From the NCBI GenBank assembly GCA_963709905.1, contig CAVPYI010000018.1, forward strand, positions 350,214 through 414,213: 64,000 nt of DNA. Reading direction: 5' to 3'. Shown one piece after another: positions 9,909-19,244 of the stretch. Each line of letters starts with the position of its first letter. Positions within the stretch are counted from its first letter, which is position 1. This DNA is from an uncultured Gemmatimonadales bacterium (GTDB lineage: Bacteria; Gemmatimonadota; Gemmatimonadetes; Gemmatimonadales; GWC2-71-9). The notes under the pieces are model-generated. The model worked only from the letters and a program-made list of their open reading frames with translations, did not search any database and had not been told where the DNA came from. Position numbers and translations under genes: made by a program.

Positions 9909-10681
9909 CAATGGCGACAGAACCGGCGACCGGCACAAAAGCCACCTTCCGCGTCTGGCGCGGTGACGCCCAGGGCGGCCGACTGGTCGATTACACCACA
10001 CCGGTGGCCGCCGGCATGGTGGTGCTCGACGCGATCCATCAGATCCAGGCCGAACAGGCGAACGACCTCGCCGTACGCTGGAACTGCAAGGCCGGGAAGT
10101 GCGGCTCATGCTCGGCAGAGGTGAACGGCAGCCCGAGGCTCATGTGCATGACGCGACTGAACGACCTGCCGCTCGACCAGCCGGTCACCGTGGAACCGAT
10201 GCGTGCCTTTCCGCCGGTCAAGGATCTGGTGACCGACGTGTCGTGGAATTTCCGGGTCAAGAAACAGATAAAGCCGTTCACGCCCCGCCCGCCCGACGCC
10301 GCCGACGGCACCTGGCGGATGGACCAGGCCGACGTCGACCGGGTGCAGGAGTTCCGCAAGTGCATCGAGTGCTTCCTGTGCCAGGACGTATGCCACGTGC
10401 TCCGGGACCATCACCTGCACGAGGAGTTCATCGGGCCCAGGTTCCTGGTTCATGTCGCCGCCCTCGAGATGCACCCGCTGGACACCGCGGACCGGGTGGA
10501 GGAGCTTCAGCGGGCCCACGGCATCGGGTACTGCAACATTACCAAATGCTGTACCCGGGTCTGCCCCGAGCACATTACTATTACGGACAACGCCATCATC
10601 CCGCTCAAGGAACGGGTGGTGGACGAGTTCTACGATCCGTTGGGGAAACTATTCAGGATCTTCAGCCGACGCGGCGATTGA
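9905..10681 (+). CDS. sdhB: succinate dehydrogenase/fumarate reductase iron-sulfur subunit
   Basis: 258 aa with a 4-nt overlap onto the sdhA stop. Cys clusters CKAGKCGSCSAEVNG..LMC, CIECFLCQDVC and CNITKCCTRVCP. Confidence 0.92.
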   Translation: MTMATEPATGTKATFRVWRGDAQGGRLVDYTTPVAAGMVVLDAIHQIQAEQANDLAVRWNCKAGKCGSCSAEVNGSPRLMCMTRLNDLPLDQPVTVEPMRAFPPVKDLVTDVSWNFRVKKQIKPFTPRPPDAADGTWRMDQADVDRVQEFRKCIECFLCQDVCHVLRDHHLHEEFIGPRFLVHVAALEMHPLDTADRVEELQRAHGIGYCNITKCCTRVCPEHITITDNAIIPLKERVVDEFYDPLGKLFRIFSRRGD

Positions 10682-10696
10682 GGGAGGGGGATCTGC

Positions 10697-10851
10697 GGAT
10701 TGAGGGATTGAGGGATTGAGGGATTGGGGGATTGAGAGATTGACGATTGGCCTCGGTCGACTTCCCAACTCTATCGTGAGCGAACCTCAATCCCTCAATC
10801 CCCCAATCCCCCAATCCCTCAATCCCTCAATCTCTCAATCCCCCAATCCTC
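10697..10851. repeat. inverted octamer-repeat pair (GGATTGAG x~6.7 at 10697-10750; CCTCAATC/CCCCAATC x8 at 10785-10851)
   Basis: Direct reading; 34-nt spacer. Lies immediately after the sdhB stop. Confidence 0.9.
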
Positions 10852-10865
10852 ACCGGGGTGTCCTC

Positions 10866-11366
10866 ATGTTCCAGCCCAAGCCGATCTCGAAGAAAGGCGT
10901 CCCGCTCGCGCTGCAGAAGGCGGAGCGCTACCGGGTGATCAACGACCCATGGTCCGCCGAGAGCATCTGCCTCGACATCCTGGGGGTGGAACCCGATAAT
11001 CAGCAGGCCCTGGTCACTCTCCTCCTCGCGATCACCGATCAGTTTCCCCTGGAGCACACCGAAGGGGTGCGGGAGGCGAAAGAGCTGCTTCCGAAGCTGG
11101 AGGACTCATACAAGCAGGCGTACTACGCCGGCATCATCGCCGAACGCTGGGCCAAGGCCCAGATGCGCCGGGGCGGGATGGCCTCGGGGGAAATGGCCTA
11201 CCATTCGTTCCGTGAAGCGATGGACTGGTACGACAAGGCGGAGGCACAGCGTCCGGCAGGGAACGACGAAGCGATCCTGCGCTGGAACGCCTGCGCCCGG
11301 ATCCTGGCCCAGAACGCGCACCTGAGCCCGCGGGCGGCCGAGTCGGTGGAGTTGGGGCTGGAGTAG
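10866..11366 (+). CDS. hypothetical helical protein
   Basis: ATG 10866 inside ORF 10716-11366; the upstream codons are translated octamer repeat. MFQPKPISKKGVPLALQKAERYRVINDPWSAESICLDILG.. has non-repetitive, balanced composition. Confidence 0.5.
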   Translation: MFQPKPISKKGVPLALQKAERYRVINDPWSAESICLDILGVEPDNQQALVTLLLAITDQFPLEHTEGVREAKELLPKLEDSYKQAYYAGIIAERWAKAQMRRGGMASGEMAYHSFREAMDWYDKAEAQRPAGNDEAILRWNACARILAQNAHLSPRAAESVELGLE

Positions 11367-11431
11367 GCGGCTCGGCGGCTCGGCGGCTCGGCGGCTCGGC
11401 GGCTCGGCGGCTCGGCGGCTCGGCGGCTCGG
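11367..11431. repeat. solitary octamer array (GGCGGCTC x8)
   Basis: Direct reading. Starts at the stop codon of 10866-11366. I saw no complementary arm within ~250 nt. Confidence 0.9.
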
Positions 11432-11656
11432 GAGGTTTGGCGGACTTGATCGGTTCGTCAATCCGGGAGCCGGGAGGCGCCAGAGCGCGCTGGGGTACAC
11501 GCGACGGTTCAGGGGCGCACCACTCGGCGGCGGCGCCGCGGCACGACTCGAGCCCATTACTCCGAGCACCCGTTCCTGTATCACCTTGCGCATCGAACGG
11601 GAGGCCGCATCTTATCTCCCGTCCTAGATCCATACCCCCTCGACCGTGGAGCCCCA

Positions 11657-11917
11657 ATGGACCTCACGACCATTCTCATTCAGGTGATCTCCGGCGCGGT
11701 CGGCGGGAATCTCGGTGGCCTGCTCAACAAGGCGAAGAGCCTCGGCCCCCTGCTCAACACCGTCCTGGGCGCGGTGGGCGGAGTTGGTGGAGGTCAGCTG
11801 CTGGGCGGCTCGCTGTCGGGGATGCTCGGCAATGCCACCGCCGGCCAGGCGACCAGCTCGGCGCTGGTCGGACTGGTGGTCCCGTTGCTGGCGGGGATGC
11901 TCAAGAAGAAGGCGTAA
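11657..11917 (+). CDS. small Gly-rich membrane-associated protein
   Basis: 86-aa ORF with GGAG ~9 nt upstream. MDLTTILIQVISGAVGGNLGGLL...VGLVVPLLAGMLKKKA. Confidence 0.4.
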   Translation: MDLTTILIQVISGAVGGNLGGLLNKAKSLGPLLNTVLGAVGGVGGGQLLGGSLSGMLGNATAGQATSSALVGLVVPLLAGMLKKKA

Positions 11918-11924
11918 ACCGACC

Positions 11925-12404
11925 GTGCGCATCGGGCTGGTTTTCTCCGGCCTGCTGGCCGGGCTCGCCTGCGGCGGGGACTCCGGTGGAGGCCCTTCCA
12001 ACCCGAGCCCGGTCGCCGCGACGCTCGAGGTCTGGAGTTGCCTCCCCGGCTCCTGTCAGACCAGAACGCCGATCGACACCGTCAGCCGCGGTGATTCAGT
12101 CCTGGTGGTATTCGTGGCAGTGGATTCCACCCGGACGACGGACTCCATTGATGTGCGCCCCGCCTGCGCGCTCAACGCGGTGTTCACCCTTGGGGCGGCC
12201 ACCGGGCTGACGGTGCCCGCCAATCCAACCTGCCCGGACTCTATCGAACGGGTCGAACTACAGGTCTTGCCTACCTATCACCTCCACGAGGTCCGTCGGC
12301 TGGTGCACATCCCCGGCGGGCTGGCCACCGGATCGTACCGGGTGCGGTCCCGGTTTTTCATCTCACCGCCTCTGGCGCCAGCGTATGTACTCGAGATCGA
12401 GTGA
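11925..12404 (+). CDS. probable lipoprotein
   Basis: In-frame GTG 11925 inside ORF 11715-12404 gives VRIGLVFSGLLAGLACGGDSGGG (signal + Cys). The upstream codons overlap the preceding gene. Confidence 0.45.
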   Translation: MRIGLVFSGLLAGLACGGDSGGGPSNPSPVAATLEVWSCLPGSCQTRTPIDTVSRGDSVLVVFVAVDSTRTTDSIDVRPACALNAVFTLGAATGLTVPANPTCPDSIERVELQVLPTYHLHEVRRLVHIPGGLATGSYRVRSRFFISPPLAPAYVLEIE

Positions 12405-12412
12405 TTGGCGAG

Positions 12413-12572
12413 GAGGCGTCAAGGCGTCAGGCGTTAAGGCGTTAAGGCGTTAAGGCTTCAGGCGACGGGTAACAGGCCTGCCATCAACTGTCGCGACTTG
12501 ATTTCTGGATCCCTGACGCCTGACGCCTGACGCCTCAACGCCTGACGCCTCGACGCCTCGACGCCTTCCGCC
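12413..12572. repeat. inverted 7/8-mer repeat pair (GGCGTCA/GGCGTTAA x~6 at 12413-12466; CTGACGC/CTCGACGC x~8 at 12512-12572)
   Basis: Direct reading; 45-nt spacer. Lies between the lipoprotein gene and pirin. Confidence 0.9.
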
Positions 12573-12609
12573 TTGTATATTCCCGACCGAGCACCGATCT
12601 GAGGAGCCG

Positions 12610-13521
12610 ATGTCGATTCGAGCGGTACAACGGGTCATCCAGTCCAAGCCGACCATCGAGGGCGCCGGCGTCAAGCTGCGCCGCGGGTTCGGGTTCGGCG
12701 AGACCAGCGAGTTCGATCCGTTCCTCCTGTTCGACGATTTCCGGAATGAGCGGCCGGAGGACTATCTCGCCGGCTTCCCGTGGCACCCGCACCGGGGGAT
12801 CGAGACCATCACCTATGTCCTCACCGGCACGGTGGACCACGGGGACAGTCTGGGCAACAGCGGCTCGCTCGGCGCGGGTGACGTCCAATGGATGACTGCC
12901 GGCCGCGGGATTCTCCACCAGGAGATGCCCCGCGGAGATCCCAAGGGACGCATGCACGGCTTCCAGTTGTGGGCCAATCTGCCGTCGTCCCTGAAGATGA
13001 CGACGCCTCGGTATCAGGACGTGTCATCGAAGGACATTCCCGTCGTGGTGGATGACGACGGGACCACCGTTCGGGTCGTCTGCGGCGACTTCTGGGGCAA
13101 GAGCGGCCCGGTCGACGGCATCGCCGCCGAACCGCGCTACCTCGACATCTTGGTGCCGCCGGGGCTCAGGAAGACCCTGCCGGTACGCACATCCCAACAT
13201 GCATTCGCCTATGTGTTCGAGGGCTCGGGGACGTTTCGCGATGCCTCGGAGCCGCGGTCGGTTCGGACCGACCCGGTCGGCGCCGACGAGCCGCCGGTCG
13301 TGCCAGCCGTACCGGATGTCGAGAACCGATCGCTGGTGCTCTTCGGCGACGGCGACGAGGTGACGGTGCAGGCGGGTGAGCAGGGCGTCCGGTTCCTGCT
13401 GGTCTCCGGCAAGCCGCTCGCGGAGCCGGTGGCGTGGTACGGCCCCATCGTGATGAACACGCAGGATGAGCTGGAACAGGCAGTTCGGGAGCTCAGGGAA
13501 GGGACGTTCATCCGGAAGTAG
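12610..13521 (+). CDS. pirin family protein
   Basis: 303 aa. FDPFLLFDDF..FPWHPHRGIETITYVLTGTVDHGDSLGN..GDVQWMTAGRGILHQEMP is the pirin cupin signature. Confidence 0.9.
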   Translation: MSIRAVQRVIQSKPTIEGAGVKLRRGFGFGETSEFDPFLLFDDFRNERPEDYLAGFPWHPHRGIETITYVLTGTVDHGDSLGNSGSLGAGDVQWMTAGRGILHQEMPRGDPKGRMHGFQLWANLPSSLKMTTPRYQDVSSKDIPVVVDDDGTTVRVVCGDFWGKSGPVDGIAAEPRYLDILVPPGLRKTLPVRTSQHAFAYVFEGSGTFRDASEPRSVRTDPVGADEPPVVPAVPDVENRSLVLFGDGDEVTVQAGEQGVRFLLVSGKPLAEPVAWYGPIVMNTQDELEQAVRELREGTFIRK

Positions 13522-13533
13522 GCGGGACTCGCC

Positions 13534-13953
13534 TCACGGGATGAGGCCACTTGCGTCGACCGAACCGGAGGAGAGTCTCCGCTGTCTCGGCGTCACCACC
13601 GCCAGCCGGCCCGCGGCGACCAGGAAGCCGACCGGCGCGGCAATGAGCGGATTCAGGTGCAGTGCGAATCCCACCCCGCCGAACACGATGGTCGCGAGCG
13701 TAGTCTGGACGATCATCCTGCCGATCGGCACGTGCCGCATGAAGAGCCAGGCCGTGAGCGGGGCGGCCACACCGCCAATCACCGCCCCGACCCCCCCCGT
13801 GATACGCCAGATGTCGAGGTCCACCGCCGCCCGCCAATCACCCAGAAGAATGAGGGAGAGGGCGAGGGCGAATCCTCCGGCAACGGCGCCGGCCACGATC
13901 CCGGCGATCATCAACCCACCGGTCACAGCCAGAATGCGGGAAATACTCGGCAT
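13534..13953 (-). CDS. small polytopic membrane protein
   Basis: ATG 13953 inside ORF 13534-14040 (MPSISRILAVTGGLMIAGIVAGAVAGGFALAL..). Four hydrophobic helices. Confidence 0.45.
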   Translation of the reverse strand: MPSISRILAVTGGLMIAGIVAGAVAGGFALALSLILLGDWRAAVDLDIWRITGGVGAVIGGVAAPLTAWLFMRHVPIGRMIVQTTLATIVFGGVGFALHLNPLIAAPVGFLVAAGRLAVVTPRQRRLSSGSVDASGLIP

Positions 13954-13982
13954 GATAGGCCTCCACCAATACCGCGAAAACT

Positions 13983-14090
13983 GCGCATCGCGCCCCTTAG
14001 CGTCCTTCGCGCCTCGCGCCTTCGCGCCTTCGCGGTCCACAGCAGGACCGGCGATCCACTGAGTATCACCGCCAAGGCGCGAGGAACGCC
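13983..14090. repeat. octamer array (GCGCCTTC-type x~6, 13983-14034) with short complementary partner (AAGGCGCGAGG.., 14074-14090)
   Basis: Direct reading. The partner arm is short, so pairing is weaker than at other loci. Confidence 0.6.
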
Positions 14091-14136
14091 AGGCTGTACG
14101 GCGTCACTTGCCATACCCAGTGCGCGGTGCGCGGCT

Positions 14137-15513
14137 CTAATCTGATGAGGGTCGCGGTGACCCCACGTGCACCCGCGCAATCCGCGATGGCAGTGGCCCC
14201 GGGGCCGCGCCGTACGCCACCCAGAGGTCGTGGGTGCGGGGATCGATCGCCAGGTGCCGAACCAGCGCCCCGCGGCTCGGCAAGGGATACACAGTGAACC
14301 GCTCCCCGGCCGGATCGAATGCCACAATGGCGTCAGCTGCCCCGGTGCCGATCCAGATACGACTCGTGACCTGATCGATGCGGACGACATAAGGTACCGC
14401 ATCAGGAATCGGGAGCACGTATCGCCGGAATTCACCGGTGGCCGGATCCAGCCGTACCAGCTCGTTGGCGGCGTAGGCCGGAATCCACACCCGGCCCTGG
14501 CGGTCGAGGTCGAGACGCCGCGGTCCGCTGTGCGAAACCGGCATCTGGTACGTCCGGAACCGTCCGGTCGATGGCTCCATCACGAAGACCCGGTTTCCCA
14601 TCAGCTCGGAACCCCACACTCTCCCATCCGGGCCGATCCGGATCTCGTAGGGAATCGGACCGCCGGGCACACCGGCCAGGATCGGGTGGGGTGTGACCGG
14701 GAACGTCTCCAGACGCCGGGTGGCGACATCGACCCGGCCGATCAGCTCGGGATTGCGGGTGAAGTGGCCGTTGACCCAGACCTCCCCGGGTCTCCCCAGC
14801 GCCAGGCTATGGGGATAGAACCCCACCGGGAAGGAAGTCCACTCCCGTGATTGAGGTCGATAACGGGCCACCTGCATCGGCTGACCTAACACTGCCCACC
14901 AGTTGCCGGCGGAGTCGATCTCGACGGCACGCGGGTTGGCCTTGGGGATCGGGATCGCGACGGTTTCGAAGGTACCGGTCGCCGGATCCAGCACGAATAG
15001 CCGATGACTGAACATGCCGGTGATGATCACCCGTCCGGCCGGGTCTACTGCGACGTCGTGCGGCAGATCCTCGGCGACAGGTGTGTCATACTCGGTGACC
15101 TGACCGGTCACGGTGTCGGTACCGGACGGAGGTCTGGGGGCGGGTTCGCGAGCCAGACTGGCCTCGAGCCACGCGGCGGTGGCGACGGCATCTCGGTCGT
15201 TGGCTATGACCGGGAACCCGGTCGTCGCGCCGGCGTAACTGAGCATCCGGCTGACCGCGTCGACCCACTCGTCTTTCGAGCGTGGCCGCCCGTTCACCCG
15301 GGCCATGCGTTCATCGAACTGGTGGCAGCCGGTGCAGTCCAGGATGAAACGTCGTTTGGCCTCGCCTTCGGGCAGGAGACCCAGCCAGTCCGCGCTGGCA
15401 AAGGGCTTGTTCCTTGGGCCGACCACGGGCTGGTGGGTAAGAGAAGCGGCAATTCCCAGAAGGCCGAGCCCGAAGGCGGCGCCCAACCCGATTCCGGCCA
15501 TTCGTCGTGTCAT
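14137..15513 (-). CDS. Vgb-like (streptogramin-lyase-type, COG4257-like) beta-propeller protein with N-terminal CxxCH motif
   Basis: ATG 15513 inside ORF 14137-15657 with signal anchor MAGIGLGAAFGLGLLGIAA. CTGCH heme-c-type motif, then repeated ..D.AGRVW......L.R.DPATG.F..Y.. blades. Confidence 0.6.
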   Translation of the reverse strand: MTRRMAGIGLGAAFGLGLLGIAASLTHQPVVGPRNKPFASADWLGLLPEGEAKRRFILDCTGCHQFDERMARVNGRPRSKDEWVDAVSRMLSYAGATTGFPVIANDRDAVATAAWLEASLAREPAPRPPSGTDTVTGQVTEYDTPVAEDLPHDVAVDPAGRVIITGMFSHRLFVLDPATGTFETVAIPIPKANPRAVEIDSAGNWWAVLGQPMQVARYRPQSREWTSFPVGFYPHSLALGRPGEVWVNGHFTRNPELIGRVDVATRRLETFPVTPHPILAGVPGGPIPYEIRIGPDGRVWGSELMGNRVFVMEPSTGRFRTYQMPVSHSGPRRLDLDRQGRVWIPAYAANELVRLDPATGEFRRYVLPIPDAVPYVVRIDQVTSRIWIGTGAADAIVAFDPAGERFTVYPLPSRGALVRHLAIDPRTHDLWVAYGAAPGPLPSRIARVHVGSPRPSSD

Positions 15514-15737
15514 GTCGAGTGAGGTGAGGTGGTGCGGGGCCCTACGGGCTGGAGGGGCTGGAGGTTCTAACCGGCGCCGCCCAGCCACACCACCAACCCC
15601 AGGAGTACCCATCCCGCCAATTCGACCCGCTCCCACCGCTCCTCCCAGAGCGGCCACCCGGCGGCCTCCTCATGCCCGATGGCCGTGAAGGCCGCCAGCA
15701 TCCCCGCCAGTATCACCGCCAGCACCGGCATCCTGAC

Positions 15738-16502
15738 TCAGCGTCCGGCAACCGGGACCGTGGGCAGGGCCAGGTAGACCGGCGCGTGCCCCGGGCTCCG
15801 CTCGTGCCCTATCAGGAATCGATGGACCACCACATCGTCCGCGAGGAAGAGCCGGACCGGTGTCACGCCCGCCGGCAGGGCGAAGCGAAGGGTGGTGAGA
15901 TACGACTCCCCTGGCTTCAGCGGCTGATCCAGCCGCGTCGACTTCATATCCCCGTCCGTCCAGTCCGTCTTGTCCGCCCTGCTTGCCCCGAGCGCCAGCG
16001 AGGGGTCCGCCCTCTCCGCCCTCTCCTCCCCGTCCGCCACCTCGTACCGCCGCCCATCCGATCCCACCAACTCGACCCGTCGAGGCAACGGCAGGAGCGT
16101 GGCGTCGCGCGGCCGGCGACTCGAGATCGTGGTCTCGTCGAACCGGGTGCGAATAGTCACGACCCAGTCTGATGACCCATCGCCTGGTCTCCCCGTCGCC
16201 CCGTCGCCGAGGGAGTGGGGACCTCGGACCCCGGTGACGACGTAGGCAAGGTGGCAGTCGAGTTCACAGAAGTACTTCTCGCTGCCGGCCGGCAGCACCC
16301 GCTCCTTGCTGGCAAGCCCGACGCCGACCAGAACCAGGGCATAGACCCCCGCCAGACCGCCGCCCAGGAGGGCGACGGCACGCGCCCGGTCACGCCGGCC
16401 GCGGAATCCCAACCACAGGGCGGCGGCGGCGGCCAGCGCAATGAGGCCGACGGTACCAAGAAAGGCCAGGATGGCGATGAGCATCGAGAGCGTGCTGGTC
16501 AT
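15738..16502 (-). CDS. membrane-anchored hypothetical protein
   Basis: ATG 16502 inside ORF 15738-16793, overlapping the upstream stop as ATGA. Two N-terminal helices (MLIAILAFLGTVGLIALAAAAALWL; LLGGGLAGVYALVLVGVGL) precede a soluble domain. Confidence 0.45.
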   Translation of the reverse strand: MTSTLSMLIAILAFLGTVGLIALAAAAALWLGFRGRRDRARAVALLGGGLAGVYALVLVGVGLASKERVLPAGSEKYFCELDCHLAYVVTGVRGPHSLGDGATGRPGDGSSDWVVTIRTRFDETTISSRRPRDATLLPLPRRVELVGSDGRRYEVADGEERAERADPSLALGASRADKTDWTDGDMKSTRLDQPLKPGESYLTTLRFALPAGVTPVRLFLADDVVVHRFLIGHERSPGHAPVYLALPTVPVAGR

Positions 16503-18037
16503 GGAGACGCTTCGTCGTGGAGGGTGAGGATGGCGCGACGGGCCCGCTCCCGGCCGTAGTGCCAGTCGCGAAGGTCGGTGGAATAGATGTCCGAGCGTTT
16601 CATGAGACCATCCCGCACAATGGCGCGTTCCGGGTCGGCAAGCGACGGCAGAGCCGCGACCAGGGCCGGGACGGCATCGGTGCCGAGTCGGGCAAGATGG
16701 GAGGCGTCGAGGCTCTTGCCCACGGCGTGACGCCGGAGATTCGTGGTCACTATCAGGCGGTCGGGATTGGCGAGGTTCAAGAGCGCGAGCCAAACCCCCC
16801 AGGCGACGAGCGCCCCGCGCGCAAACAGCAACGCCCTCCCCTGCAACACGGTGGCGATGAACCAGGCACAGGTGACGGCCGCGCCGGCCATGAACGCGGA
16901 GGCGAACAGCCGGTCCTGCGTCAGCCCGAACTCACCCTGGTACAGCGCCATCCGGTGCATCCCGGACCCGATGATGGCGAGCAGCAGAGCGACCTGGATC
17001 CCGGCCAGCCAGCGGTAGCACCGGCGCGCCCGGGGATCGTCCGGCGTCAGCCGGGTGTTGAGCAGGAGCAGCAACGGCAGTACCAGCGCGGTCACCACCA
17101 CCAGCTCGAAGAAACCCCTTCGGGCGTACTCGGCGAGCGTGACACCCATGGTCCGCTGCACCCAGTCCGTCCCGCCGAAGAAGTAGGGAACCTGCCAGGC
17201 GATGAAGCCGGCAAAGAGGAGATCGACCACCCCCAGCGTCAGGCCAATCTCGATCGCGCCCAGGCCCCGGCTGGGCGGCCGCGAAGTTCCAGAGAGGTAA
17301 TCAACGGCCGCGGGCAGCAATCCGCGCAGGATGGCCGCCGCGATCCAGGCCGCCAGGGTCACGCCCAGTACGTGGCCGATCAGAACCTCGGGATCCACGG
17401 CGACGATTCGGCGCATGGCGTCGCCGAACACCGGGTCGGCCGAACCCAGCAGGGTGCCGAAGACCGCGCCGGTGGGCACGGCGATCATGAGCCCACGCGC
17501 CAAGGCACCGAGCGGAAGCGTCCGCCTCGCCTTGGAGTCGCGCGATTCGCGCTCCGCCTCGAGCACGGTCGGCAACAGGCCCGAGACCCCCCGACCGGCC
17601 AGACCAGCCAGTGCCCTGAGCAGCTGGGCCACGGTCAGCCGCCCCAAGGCCGTGCGGCAATCGGCCACGCGAGCCAAAGGCAGGAGCGCGAAGACCAGGA
17701 TCAGCGCGAGGGCATCGAGGAACCGGAGCATGGCGTTGTCCCGCCATACCCACGCGGCGGCGAGGGCCAGGGCGCACACCAGCAGTCCGCGCTCCCATGA
17801 GCGGCTCGGCGGCTCGGCGGCTCGGCCGCTCGGCGCAGGGCATGAATCGACCACCGACCCGCCAGCCGCCGAGCCGCCGAGTCGCCGAGTCGCCGAGTGC
17901 CAAACCAGAACCGCTCCCCCGGTCCAGACCAGGACGTTCAGGCCGAGATGATTGGCCCGGAACAGCAAATCACCCGCGACACCGAGGGCCAGGATCGGCC
18001 AGAGCAGTCCTCCGGCCGAAGCTTTCGGACCGGTCAT
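16499..18037 (-). CDS. polytopic membrane protein (DUF4153/DUF4173-like) carrying an in-frame octamer-repeat insertion
   Basis: ATG 18037 inside ORF 16499-18487, overlapping the uppS stop as ATGA. About 10 hydrophobic helices, with N-terminus [28 protein letters not shown] typical of the family (recalled). Confidence 0.55.
   Translation of the reverse strand: MTGPKASAGGLLWPILALGVAGDLLFRANHLGLNVLVWTGGAVLVWHSATRRLGGSAAGGSVVDSCPAPSGRAAEPPSRSWERGLLVCALALAAAWVWRDNAMLRFLDALALILVFALLPLARVADCRTALGRLTVAQLLRALAGLAGRGVSGLLPTVLEAERESRDSKARRTLPLGALARGLMIAVPTGAVFGTLLGSADPVFGDAMRRIVAVDPEVLIGHVLGVTLAAWIAAAILRGLLPAAVDYLSGTSRPPSRGLGAIEIGLTLGVVDLLFAGFIAWQVPYFFGGTDWVQRTMGVTLAEYARRGFFELVVVTALVLPLLLLLNTRLTPDDPRARRCYRWLAGIQVALLLAIIGSGMHRMALYQGEFGLTQDRLFASAFMAGAAVTCAWFIATVLQGRALLFARGALVAWGVWLALLNLANPDRLIVTTNLRRHAVGKSLDASHLARLGTDAVPALVAALPSLADPERAIVRDGLMKRSDIYSTDLRDWHYGRERARRAILTLHDEASP
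17800..17897. repeat. inverted octamer-repeat pair (GCGGCTCG-type at 17800-17835; GCCGAG(C/T)C-type at 17865-17897) inside CDS 16499-18037
   Basis: Direct reading. Translated in-frame on the minus strand as ..[33 protein letters not shown].. Confidence 0.85.
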
Positions 18038-18744
18038 GCCGTGCCCTCCTCGACCACCCGGCCGAACCGCCGTTGCCGGCCGCGGAACTCGGCGATCGCT
18101 TCGGCCAGCTGTGGCGCACCGAAATCGGGCCAATGGGTTTCGCTGAAGATCAGCTCCGCGTAGGCGCTTTCCCAGAGCAGGAAATCGCTCAGGCGGCGTT
18201 CGCCGCCGGTTCGAATGAGCAGGTCGACGTCTGGTGCGGGGCGGCGGTCGTGGCCAGTTTGCCCGAGACAGGCGGCGAAGCGCTCGCGTGAGAGTCCCTT
18301 GACCGCGGCCGCCCGGCGCGCGGCGCGGAGGATCTGGTCGCGGGCGGAGTAGTCGAGGGCGACGCGAAGCCAGAGCCGGCGGCCCTCCCGGGTGCGCCGT
18401 TCGGCCACCGCGATGGCGGCGCGGAGCGGAAACGGCAGTCGGTCGCGCCGGCCGATCACCGTCAGCCGCACGCCGGACTCGGCGCATTCCGCCGCTGATT
18501 CCCGCAGATAGTCGGTGAACAGCCGCATGAGCGCTTCCACCTCCGCCGCGGGGCGCTGCCAGTTGTCGGACGAGAAGGCGTAGAGGGTGAGGACGCCGAT
18601 GCCCTGCTCCGCCGCGGCCCGGGTCACATCCCGCACCCGCCTGGCCCCTTCGGCATGACCGGCCGCGCGCGGCAGCCCCTGGCTCTCGGCCCAGCGGCCG
18701 TTGCCGTCCATGATGATGGCGACGTGGAGTGAAGTGCTTTGCAT
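18034..18744 (-). CDS. uppS: isoprenyl transferase / undecaprenyl-diphosphate synthase
   Basis: 236 aa. [27 protein letters not shown] and [25 protein letters not shown] are UppS signatures. Confidence 0.92.
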   Translation of the reverse strand: MQSTSLHVAIIMDGNGRWAESQGLPRAAGHAEGARRVRDVTRAAAEQGIGVLTLYAFSSDNWQRPAAEVEALMRLFTDYLRESAAECAESGVRLTVIGRRDRLPFPLRAAIAVAERRTREGRRLWLRVALDYSARDQILRAARRAAAVKGLSRERFAACLGQTGHDRRPAPDVDLLIRTGGERRLSDFLLWESAYAELIFSETHWPDFGAPQLAEAIAEFRGRQRRFGRVVEEGTA

Positions 18745-18767
18745 CGTAAAGTATTACTCCGTGAAAG

Positions 18768-18846
18768 AAGGCGTTGGGCGTTGAGGCGTCAGGCGTCAGA
18801 CCTTGATCCGAGGCTGCCGCCGCAACGCCTGACGCCTCAACGCCTG
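18768..18846. repeat. inverted 7/8-mer repeat pair (GGCGTTG/GGCGTCA x4 at 18768-18799; CAACGCC/TGACGCC x3 at 18823-18846) between the wHTH regulator gene and uppS
   Basis: Direct reading. The right arm contains the regulator stop codon. Same unit family as 12413-12572. Confidence 0.85.
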
Positions 18847-19244
18847 GCCACCTTGATCAGCGCTTCCATGTGATCCAGGTACCGCTCCAGCGCTTTCCTG
18901 CCGGCCGCAGTGAGCCGGTACTCGGTCCGCGGGATCCGGTCCTCGAACGACTTGGTACAGGCGACATACCCCGCGTCCTCGAGCTTGCGGGCATGGACGC
19001 TCAGATTACCGTCGGTGGTTTGGAGCAGCGCCTTGAGTTCGTTGAATGTGAGGCTGTCGTTCACGGCCAGCGCACTCACGATGGCCAGGCGGAGGCGCTC
19101 GTGGATGACCCGATCCAGGTCCGGTGTGAGAGCCGCCCGGCCACCCTTGACGCCCTTGAGCCCCGCGTCACCGGCAGGGCCACCCGTTGCGCCGGTATGG
19201 TTCCCCGCGCCACCGCCCGCGCGGGCCGCGCTCCCCTTACCCAC
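18837..19244 (-). CDS. winged-helix transcriptional regulator (HTH_34/MarR-like)
   Basis: C-terminal 95 aa LDRVIHERLRLAIVSALAVNDSLTFNELKALLQTTDGNLSVHARKLEDAGYV..RTEYRLTAAGRKAL. The Gly-rich N-terminal extension makes the start uncertain. Confidence 0.65.
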   Translation of the reverse strand: MGKGSAARAGGGAGNHTGATGGPAGDAGLKGVKGGRAALTPDLDRVIHERLRLAIVSALAVNDSLTFNELKALLQTTDGNLSVHARKLEDAGYVACTKSFEDRIPRTEYRLTAAGRKALERYLDHMEALIKVARR

